The position numbers and the translations under genes were made by a program. From Bryobacteraceae bacterium (GTDB lineage: Bacteria > Acidobacteriota > Terriglobia > Bryobacterales > Bryobacteraceae): a stretch of 51,014 nt of DNA. The DNA lies in the NCBI GenBank assembly GCA_036006545.1, contig DASYPO010000224.1, forward strand, positions 1-51,014, given 5' to 3'. The notes below the pieces were generated by a model. That model did no database searches. It saw nothing but the letters and a program-made list of their open reading frames with translations, and was not told where the DNA came from. Positions 43,307-51,014 of the stretch are shown in pieces. The number at the start of each line of letters is the position of its first letter. Position 1 is the stretch's first letter.

Positions 43307-46011
43307 AATCCAGAAGTATGAAAAACAGCATTTGGTCCGGAATCGCGGCAAGTTTTCTGCTGCTTACCGCGTCGGCGCAGGCGCAACTTGTAATCTCACC
43401 GTCCACCCTGCCCGACGGTACGACAGGCTTTCCTTACGCCGCCGTACTACAGGTGGATACCGGGAGCGGGGAGGACACCTGGTCGATTTCATCGGGCGCG
43501 CTTCCGCCTGGAATCGATTTCGTCACCCCCGAGAAGACACCCGTAAACGCGCTGTTCGGTATTCCGACCACGCCAGGAACTTACACCTTCACGATCAAGG
43601 TAGTCGACAGCGGCATGGGCAGCGCGGGGACCGCCACGCAGTCGTACACCATCCGGATCACCGGCGGAGCTGCGGTTTCGGTTGCACCTGCGAGTCTCGC
43701 CTTCACCGGCGTCGCGGGCGGCGATGCGACTTCGCCGCAAACCCTAACGGTTGGCGGGGGCGCGGCATTTTTCGTCGGCCTCGATAATGGAAGCGGCGGA
43801 GCGGCCCCGGCCTGGATTTCGGCCTCTCCCGCCGCGGGCATAGCACCCGCGCTGGTTACCGTGACGGCCACACCGGGCACGCTGGCGGCCGGCACCTACA
43901 CGGCGCGCCTTCGAATCATTCCTGCCGCGGGTACGGCGCCGGTCGACGTGCCGGTCACGTTTACGCTCACCGGAGGCACACCCAAGCTCGAAACTGCACC
44001 GGCGTTCCTGCGTTTTTCCGCGCGCGTCTCAGCGCCCGGGATCCAGGAGCAGCAGATCGTCGTGCGCAATAGCGGCGGCGGCGCTCCCATCGCATTCCAA
44101 GCGTCAACCGGGGGGAATGCATTTCTCTCCGTTACGCCCGCATCGGGCCAGTCGACGCCCAACACGCCCGTGATCGTCAAGGTGCGCGTCAATACCTCCG
44201 GACTAAGCGCCGGGAATTACACCGATACCGTGCACATCACTTCGCAGGCAGGCAACTCCGACGTTGCGGTCTCGCTGTTCGTCGCCGACGACGGACCCAT
44301 TCTGCGGTTGTCCGAATCGGGTTTGCATTTTAAGGAACGACAAGGCGCCGGCAACACCAATACGGAATCGGTGCTGGTGCTGAACGTGGGCGATCCGGCC
44401 GCGCGAATCAACTGGAGCGCATCGATTTCGGCCAGCCCGAACTGGATCAGCGTGACGCCTGCCACGGGAGTCGCGACCACGGCGGTGCCGGGCCAGATAA
44501 CTGTTGGGCTCAACGCCTCTGCTTCGCAGTTGGCGCCGGGCGCATACTATGCTCTCGTAACCGTGACGGCGCCCAATACGCAGGATTCGCCGCAGACTTT
44601 TTCGGCAGTGCTCGAAGTCTTGCCGGCCGCCACGCCCGCCGAGCCTGAGTTGGATCCAGGCGGACTGCTCTTCGTAGCTCCTGCCGCGGGAGCGGCGCCT
44701 GCGGCGCAGAAGATCACGATCTTCGACAGCAGCGCGACGCCAGTGAGTTTTCAGGCTTCGGTGTCGACCAAAGACGGCGGGAAATGGCTGACGGTTGCCC
44801 CCGCCACCGGAACGTCGTCGACGGCCGTGCCGGGCGTGCTCAACGTCAGCGTGAATCCGGCGGGACTCAAAGCGGGCGTGTATAGCGGCGAGGTCGACGT
44901 GAACCTGGCCGGCGTGCTGCGGTCGGCTACGATCACGCTGCTGGTGCTGCCGGCGGCGACCGAAGCGCGCAGCGCGACTGGCTGTACGGGCACGCGCACC
45001 GTGATCACACCGGTAGGAATACCCGGCAATTTTTCGCTACCGTCGGCTTGGCCCGAGACTTTGGCCGTGCTCCTCACCGACGATTGCGGAACACCGCTGC
45101 CCGACGGCATCGGATCGGTCGTGGCGCGTTTCGACAACGGCGACAAGCCCATAACGTTGAACGATTTTCAGAAGATCGGCAGCTTTTCGGCGGACTGGAC
45201 GCCGCTGTTCCCGGCTTCGAAAGTAACCATCACCTTCGCGGCTTCGGCGGGCAGTCTGCAGCCGACCACCGCGCAGCTCGGCGGCGGTGTCGACAAGAAT
45301 GCGCTCGCTCCTCCGGTATTATTCGACAACGGCACGGTCAACAATACGAACCCATTTGCGGGCGCGAGCGTCGCCCCGGGAACGGTGGCTTCGATCTACG
45401 GTCAGAATCTCGCAACCGCTACCGTATCCCCCGGCGTCCTGCCGCTTCCCACGCTGTTTAGCGGAACCAGCGTCGTCGTGGGCGGAATTTCCGCGCCGCT
45501 GTATTTCTTGAGCAACGGACAACTCAACGTGCAAATTCCCTCGGAGCTCAAAACCAACCAGCACTACCAAGTCGCGGTTTCGGTGAACAACGCGTTCGCG
45601 GTGCTGCCCGGCGGCATCACGGTAGTAGGCACGGCGCCCGGAGTCTCGGCGTTCCCAGATGGCCGTTTGATCGCGCAGCATGGCGATTTCACGCTGGTCG
45701 ACGCCACACGACCGGCGCGCGCCGGAGAATCGCTGGTCATGTACCTGACCGGCATGGGACCCACGAATCCTCCGGTCAAAACCGGTGATCAATCGCCCAG
45801 CGCTCAGCCCGCCGTGGTGGTCACGCAACCCATCGTTACAATTGGCGGCGATCGTGCCGATGTGTTATTTGCGGGGCTAACGCCCGGAGGCATCGGTCTG
45901 TACCAGATCAATTTCACGATTCCCGCTGGATCACGCGGCGGCGACCTGGATGTGGTGGTTTCGCAAGCCGGAGTTTTGTCCAACGTCACGAAATTATTCG
46001 TGGCTAAGTAA
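43303..46011 (+). CDS. giant secreted protein, paralog 2 (1 He_PIG repeat, same back half)
   Basis: ATGA overlap with paralog 1. Signal peptide ...LLLTASAQAQ. Its module order matches paralog 1: TGCTGTRT...LTDDCGTPL and the tail AGLTPGGIGLYQINFTIPAG. Confidence 0.9.
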   Translation: MKSRSMKNSIWSGIAASFLLLTASAQAQLVISPSTLPDGTTGFPYAAVLQVDTGSGEDTWSISSGALPPGIDFVTPEKTPVNALFGIPTTPGTYTFTIKVVDSGMGSAGTATQSYTIRITGGAAVSVAPASLAFTGVAGGDATSPQTLTVGGGAAFFVGLDNGSGGAAPAWISASPAAGIAPALVTVTATPGTLAAGTYTARLRIIPAAGTAPVDVPVTFTLTGGTPKLETAPAFLRFSARVSAPGIQEQQIVVRNSGGGAPIAFQASTGGNAFLSVTPASGQSTPNTPVIVKVRVNTSGLSAGNYTDTVHITSQAGNSDVAVSLFVADDGPILRLSESGLHFKERQGAGNTNTESVLVLNVGDPAARINWSASISASPNWISVTPATGVATTAVPGQITVGLNASASQLAPGAYYALVTVTAPNTQDSPQTFSAVLEVLPAATPAEPELDPGGLLFVAPAAGAAPAAQKITIFDSSATPVSFQASVSTKDGGKWLTVAPATGTSSTAVPGVLNVSVNPAGLKAGVYSGEVDVNLAGVLRSATITLLVLPAATEARSATGCTGTRTVITPVGIPGNFSLPSAWPETLAVLLTDDCGTPLPDGIGSVVARFDNGDKPITLNDFQKIGSFSADWTPLFPASKVTITFAASAGSLQPTTAQLGGGVDKNALAPPVLFDNGTVNNTNPFAGASVAPGTVASIYGQNLATATVSPGVLPLPTLFSGTSVVVGGISAPLYFLSNGQLNVQIPSELKTNQHYQVAVSVNNAFAVLPGGITVVGTAPGVSAFPDGRLIAQHGDFTLVDATRPARAGESLVMYLTGMGPTNPPVKTGDQSPSAQPAVVVTQPIVTIGGDRADVLFAGLTPGGIGLYQINFTIPAGSRGGDLDVVVSQAGVLSNVTKLFVAK

Positions 46012-46204
46012 AGCTATGTAGCGTCCACCAAGGCGCTAGGCCCGGTGTCGTGGCGGACAGGGTGACGTGGTCGAGAATACGACAAAACTGAAACTGGAAC
46101 AGTAACGTGCGATAATGAGATTTACGCAGTTTTCAAGGTAGTTCCGCTGAAGAAATACGCCGTTAAGTTTTCGTTGTACCAATCCATTGGAAGTATCCCA
46201 ACAA

Positions 46205-48982
46205 ATGAAATTCCCGCAGGCCCTTCTACGCGCGACAGCGCTGTCCATTTTTTTCGCAGCCGCTGGCGCGGCGCAGGCCACGTTTAGCCCCGCGACACTC
46301 CCCAACGGCGCGGTGGGTAGCCTCTACCAACAAGATATTTCGGTGGGACTGAATGCTCCAGTTCACTACGCGATTGCGCAAGGGACGCTGCCGCCCGGAC
46401 TGACCATCACCGATTTCAGCCCGCCTAGCAACACGGGGCAGGTGGGCCGCATCGCGGGAACTCCCACCACCGCCGGAACCTATCCGTTCACGATTCACGC
46501 CTCGGACACCAGCGGTCCCAACGTGTTCAGCCAAACCAAGGACTACACCATTGTCGTCACGGCGGCCAGCGCGAGTCCGCTAACGGTTTCGCCGACGAGC
46601 CTCAAGTTCAGCGGGATCGCGGGAGGGGATGCAACCACGCCGCAGGCTATTTCGGTGACCACACCGACTGCCGGCGAAGTGTACACGCCCATCGTCGACG
46701 ACGGGAACGGCGGCGCGGCGCCGAGCTGGCTACGTCTGAATATCGCCACGGGAACGTTCGTGCGGCGCACTCCGGCCCGGATCGTTGCAGTTGCAGACCC
46801 CGGGGCGTTGAGCGCTGGAACATACTCGGCCCGTATCCGGCTGCTCAATTCGACGGGGAACGCGGTCGCCGTGCCGATCACTTTCGAAGTGAAGACAGGT
46901 ACCCCGCAATTGCAAGTGGCGCCGACGTTTCTACGCTTCGCCTCGCGCATCGTTGCGCCGGGGCTTCTGGAGCAACCTATTGTGGTGTCGAACGCCGGCG
47001 GTGGTGGACCGGTTAATTTTCAAGCGACCATCGTGAACTCCAGTCCCTGGATCACGATCACCCCTGCCTCGGGTCAAACCGCGCCCAACGCTCCGGTGCT
47101 GATACGCGTGCGCGTGAATACCGCCGGCCTCCAAGTGGGCGGGTACAGCGACGTGGTCCGCATCACCTCCAACGCCGGCAGCACGGATGTGCGCGTCAAC
47201 TTACTCGTCCAGCAGGATGGGCCGATTCTCACGCTCGACAAAACCGGCGTGCGCTTCACCATCCGTCAGGGAAATTCCAACGGCGCTGCTCAAACCGTCG
47301 CGGTATACAACACCGGGAGTCCGAACACGACCATTACCTGGACCACCACGCAGCGGTCCTCGTCAAACTTCCTGGCTTTCACTCCGGCGGGGGGAACGGC
47401 GACGCCGACGAATCATGGAACGATCAATCTGACGCTCAATTCGAACGCCCCGACACTGCCGGTGGGAGCGTACTACACGCTGGTAACCGTCAGCGACCCC
47501 AAGGCATTCAATTCCCCGCAGGTTTTCGTTGCGGTGCTGGAGGTAGCCGACGCGGCAGCGACGCCGGCGGCGCCCGAACTCGTCACCTCCGGAGCGAGCT
47601 TCGCGGCGGTAGTAGGGGGCGCGGCGCCGATCGCGCAAGGGATCAGTTTTAGCACCAGCAGCAATGCCGCGATCGGATTCCAAGTGCAAGCTACGACTAA
47701 CGACGGCGCAGCCTGGCTAAGCGCGACGCCCACCAGCGGAACGGTATCCGCCACCAGCCCGGTGTTGCTCGTGATTTCGGTCGACCCGACGAAACTCAGC
47801 CGGGCCGGCGTTTATACCGGAACGGTGGATGTCGCGATCAATGGAATTGTGCGCTCGGTAGCGGTAGGGCTGACGCTGTTGCCGCAAGGCGCCACACTTT
47901 CGACTGAGTTAGACGAAAAGGAAGCAGCCAAGGCTCGCGCGGTCACGGGGTGCACGCCCACACGCGCGGTAATCACGCCCCTCGGCATCCCCGGTGGATT
48001 CTCGATTCCAGCGGCATGGCCGACGACGCTCGCCGCCATGCTCACCGACGATTGCGGGACACCGCTCGCCGGCGGGAATGGCTCGGTCGTCGCCAGCTTC
48101 GATAGCGGAGACGCACCGCTGACGCTCTCCGACTATCAGCAAACGGGTAGTTACGTCGCCACCTGGACGCCGGCGTTTCCGGCGGGGAATATGGCGGTAA
48201 CGCTGCGGGGAGCGAGCGGGTCGCTACAGCCGGCCAGTGCGCAGGTCGCCGGGGGAATTAATGCCAACAAGTTCGCGCCACCGGTACTATTCGATAACGG
48301 CACCGTGAACAATACGAATCCGCTAGCGGGGGCGCTGCTCGCTCCGGGCGCAGTGACTGCGGCGTACGGGCAGAATCTTGCATCGAGCACCGTCTCGCCC
48401 GGCGTAATTCCGCTGCTCGAAACCTTCAACGGTACGACCATTCTGGTCGCGGGCCTGCCGGCGCCGTTCTACTTTTTGAGCGGAGGGCAACTGAATGTGC
48501 AGACACCGGTCGAACTGGCGCCCAACCAACAGGCGTCAGTGGCGGTGCAGGTGAACTCGGCCTACGCAGTGCTGCCAAACGGCGTCCTGCTGATCCCAGC
48601 GGCACCGGGGATCGCCAGTTTCCCCGACACAAAGATCATCGCGCAACACGCCGATTTCACACTGATCACCAGCTCGAGTCCATCCAAAGCGGGCGAATCC
48701 ATCGTAAGTTATGTGAGCGGTATGGGCTCGACCAATCCCAGCTACGCGACCGGGCAGCAAGCTTCGCTCACCGCACTTGCGCCGGCCAAAATCCAGCCCA
48801 CAGTCACGGTGGATGGAGCCAATGCGACCGTACTCTACGCGGGGCTGACACCGGGAGGGATCGGGCTGTATCAGATTAATTTCACAGTGCCTGCTTCTAC
48901 CCGTCCCGGCGATGCCACCGTCGTGATCACGCAGAATGGCATCGTTGCCAATGTGACGAAGCTGCCGGTGGGTGCGCCATAA
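46205..48982 (+). CDS. giant secreted protein, paralog 3
   Basis: ATG at 46205 (MKFPQALLRATALSIFFAAAGAAQA); the tracked ORF begins at an upstream TTG. The architecture is the same: TGCTPTRA...LTDDCGTPL and AGLTPGGIGLYQINFTVPAS. Confidence 0.9.
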   Translation: MKFPQALLRATALSIFFAAAGAAQATFSPATLPNGAVGSLYQQDISVGLNAPVHYAIAQGTLPPGLTITDFSPPSNTGQVGRIAGTPTTAGTYPFTIHASDTSGPNVFSQTKDYTIVVTAASASPLTVSPTSLKFSGIAGGDATTPQAISVTTPTAGEVYTPIVDDGNGGAAPSWLRLNIATGTFVRRTPARIVAVADPGALSAGTYSARIRLLNSTGNAVAVPITFEVKTGTPQLQVAPTFLRFASRIVAPGLLEQPIVVSNAGGGGPVNFQATIVNSSPWITITPASGQTAPNAPVLIRVRVNTAGLQVGGYSDVVRITSNAGSTDVRVNLLVQQDGPILTLDKTGVRFTIRQGNSNGAAQTVAVYNTGSPNTTITWTTTQRSSSNFLAFTPAGGTATPTNHGTINLTLNSNAPTLPVGAYYTLVTVSDPKAFNSPQVFVAVLEVADAAATPAAPELVTSGASFAAVVGGAAPIAQGISFSTSSNAAIGFQVQATTNDGAAWLSATPTSGTVSATSPVLLVISVDPTKLSRAGVYTGTVDVAINGIVRSVAVGLTLLPQGATLSTELDEKEAAKARAVTGCTPTRAVITPLGIPGGFSIPAAWPTTLAAMLTDDCGTPLAGGNGSVVASFDSGDAPLTLSDYQQTGSYVATWTPAFPAGNMAVTLRGASGSLQPASAQVAGGINANKFAPPVLFDNGTVNNTNPLAGALLAPGAVTAAYGQNLASSTVSPGVIPLLETFNGTTILVAGLPAPFYFLSGGQLNVQTPVELAPNQQASVAVQVNSAYAVLPNGVLLIPAAPGIASFPDTKIIAQHADFTLITSSSPSKAGESIVSYVSGMGSTNPSYATGQQASLTALAPAKIQPTVTVDGANATVLYAGLTPGGIGLYQINFTVPASTRPGDATVVITQNGIVANVTKLPVGAP

Positions 48983-48992
48983 TCGAGGGATC

Positions 48993-51014
48993 TTGTTTCG
49001 ACCGACCCGTCCACCTGGCGCCCTTCGGCCCATTTTCCGCCTGACCCTGCTGACAGCGGCTTGGGCGTGCGTTTGCTCGGGACAAATCAATATCCAGCCG
49101 GATACTCTGCCGACGGCCGCGATCGGCGTGCCCTACGGGCAGCTTCTGTCGGGGAGTCCGGCAGGCAACTTCAGCTGGAGCATCACGCAGGGGGCGCTTC
49201 CTCCGGGCTTGAATGGGAATCAGATTTCCTCTGGCGACTTTACTCAGTTCGCCATTTCAGGGACCGCGACCACGCTGGGAAGCTACAACTTCACGGTTCG
49301 TGCGGTTGGCACCACGAGTACTGGACCCCCTCCGGTGGGTCAGCGCCAATATACGATCACGGTAAGCAATGCACTGGCGCTGACCACCACGTCGCCCCTG
49401 CCCGGCGGCACGGTCGCTACAGCCTATTCCACGACTTTCGTTGCGACCGGGGGCACAACACCTTACTCGTTTACTGCATCGGGTGTCCCGTTGGGGCTGT
49501 CACTGAGCACTGCGGGCGTGCTTAGCGGCACACCGACCACCGCAGGGAACTACAACCTCCAGGTTTCGGTGACTGACAAAAACTCCACGATTGTCACCAA
49601 GCCGTATACGCTCAGCATTGCCGCTCCAGTGACACCGGTGGTGATTACCACCACGTCGCCGCTGCCCATCGCCTCCACTGGAAGGTTCTACACGCTTCCG
49701 CTGGCGGCCAGCGGAGGCACCGGGCCGTACACGTTTTCATTTACCGGCACGGTGGCGCCCGGCATCTCGTTCTCCGGCGCGGGAGTGCTCAGTGGAACGC
49801 CCACTACCCCGGGGATCTATAACTTCGTGGTGACCGCCACGGATAGTTTGAGGGCTACAGGATCAAAACCGTTCCAACTGGCCGTAGGCACCGCCGGACA
49901 GTCGCTGCTGCTGCTCACCAACGGCTTGAATTTCACTGCGCCGCAGGGCGGCGATCCGACTTCTCCGCAAACGATCGTGACCCTCTCCGCGACCGGATCC
50001 TCGGTGCCCTTCGTCATAGCCGGTGACGATGGCGCGGGTGGCCCTGTACCGAGCTGGCTAACCGGCAAGCCACTCAAAGGTTCCACGCCGGCACGCGCGC
50101 AATTCATGGCGGATCCCGGCAATCTCCCGGCAGGAACCTACAACGCGCGGCTTCGATTTTTTTCGGGAAACGAGCCCGCCATTGAAGTCCCCCTGCGCTT
50201 CGTGGTCACGCCCAGCGTCCCGAAGCTTCGAGCAATTCCTTCGGTGCTTCGTTATTTCCAGCGATTCTCCCAACCGGGGACGGAGGACCAGTCCATCCTG
50301 GTGCAGAATCCCGGCGGCGGCGGCCCGCTCGACTTCCAGGCCCGGATCATCGGCGCGAGCCCGTGGGCGACGCTGTCGGCGACCTCTGGTCAAACCGCTC
50401 CGGGTCTACCCGCTGTGATCAAGGTACGGGTGAACACGCTTGGTTTAGCGGTAGGCGTGTATCGCGATACGGTACGCATCTCGTCGGTGAGCGGCACCGA
50501 CGACGTGCTGATCACACTCTTCGTCACGCCCGACGGCCCGGTGCTGCGGTTGCCCACCACCGGCGTCGTGATTCCGGTACGGCAGGGACATACGCAGAGC
50601 GCGAAGAGCGTGGTGCGCGTCCTGAATATTGGGAGCCTCGGCTCGCAGGTCAACTATTCAGTCGACGTCGTGAGCAATCCAAGTTTTCTCACCGTGACGC
50701 CCAGCAGTTTTGCGGTGACTCCGTTGAACCCAGCCACGCTGACGCTGACGCTGGCTCCCGGCGCCGACGCGTTGACACCAGGCGCGTATTACGCGTTGGT
50801 GCGCGTCAGCGATCGCGCTGCGCTCAACTCGCCGCAATTACTTTCGGTAGTGTTGGTGGTGCTGGATCCCAACAGCGTTTCTTCGCTGGAGGTCTCGCAA
50901 TCCGGCTTCTTTTTCCTGGCGGGCGTCGCTTTCCCGACGTCGAGTAAACAATTTACCGTTACCTCTTCGAGTGCCGATCGAACACCCTTCAGCGTCGCGG
51001 CCAATACCGACAGC
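48993..51014 (+). CDS. giant secreted protein, paralog 4 (3' partial, runs off the window; not in the ORF track)
   Basis: The hand-translated frame (positions divisible by 3) is open from 48993 (TTG) to the window end: (M)FRPTRPPGALRPIFRLTLLTAAWACVCSGQINIQPDTLP... It has three He_PIG-type repeats (GVLSGTPTTAGNYNLQVSVTD etc.), then the same Ig-like modules (PSWLTGKPLKGSTPARAQFMADPGNLPAGTYNARLRF). Confidence 0.8.
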   Translation, partial: MFRPTRPPGALRPIFRLTLLTAAWACVCSGQINIQPDTLPTAAIGVPYGQLLSGSPAGNFSWSITQGALPPGLNGNQISSGDFTQFAISGTATTLGSYNFTVRAVGTTSTGPPPVGQRQYTITVSNALALTTTSPLPGGTVATAYSTTFVATGGTTPYSFTASGVPLGLSLSTAGVLSGTPTTAGNYNLQVSVTDKNSTIVTKPYTLSIAAPVTPVVITTTSPLPIASTGRFYTLPLAASGGTGPYTFSFTGTVAPGISFSGAGVLSGTPTTPGIYNFVVTATDSLRATGSKPFQLAVGTAGQSLLLLTNGLNFTAPQGGDPTSPQTIVTLSATGSSVPFVIAGDDGAGGPVPSWLTGKPLKGSTPARAQFMADPGNLPAGTYNARLRFFSGNEPAIEVPLRFVVTPSVPKLRAIPSVLRYFQRFSQPGTEDQSILVQNPGGGGPLDFQARIIGASPWATLSATSGQTAPGLPAVIKVRVNTLGLAVGVYRDTVRISSVSGTDDVLITLFVTPDGPVLRLPTTGVVIPVRQGHTQSAKSVVRVLNIGSLGSQVNYSVDVVSNPSFLTVTPSSFAVTPLNPATLTLTLAPGADALTPGAYYALVRVSDRAALNSPQLLSVVLVVLDPNSVSSLEVSQSGFFFLAGVAFPTSSKQFTVTSSSADRTPFSVAANTDS

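Overview
High-GC chromosomal segment whose gene content looks acidobacterial (Solibacter/Bryobacter-like). The supporting genes are an ADOP-type duplicated MacB/FtsX permease, a PSD1/DUF1553 + DUF1501 pair, a CarboxypepD_reg-TonB-dependent-receptor-like porin, and five large secreted proteins ending in the Solibacter-type C-terminal domain (TIGR03437-like). No rRNA, tRNA, CRISPR array, transposase or integrase was seen. About 35 CDS are supportable. Housekeeping genes include yvcK-glmU, RidA, an M16 peptidase and hydrolases.

Five things stand out:
1. A same-strand block at 34.3-51.0 kb. It holds a CHASE2 class III nucleotide cyclase, then a signal-peptide-bearing FecR-like/caspase(C14)/TPR protein, then four tandem giant Ig-repeat paralogs. 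The caspase gene is separated from the first paralog by only 13 nt.
2. Two small accessory insertions. One is an SRA/PUA-like-Mrr type IV restriction enzyme. The other is a DUF433/DUF5615 toxin-antitoxin pair whose antitoxin carries an in-frame TAG. Each is bracketed by a diverged direct duplication of about 107-111 bp of the 3' end of a host gene. No recombinase is present.
3. A family of GC-rich tandem-hairpin (REP/BIME-like) elements that fill five intergenic spacers.
4. A secreted protein with a TIMP/NTR-like N-terminus (mature Cys-x-Cys).
5. An M16 peptidase with two Gly/Arg-rich low-complexity inserts.

All domain calls come from motif recognition by eye and from memory of the families. 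Nothing was searched or computed beyond manual counting.
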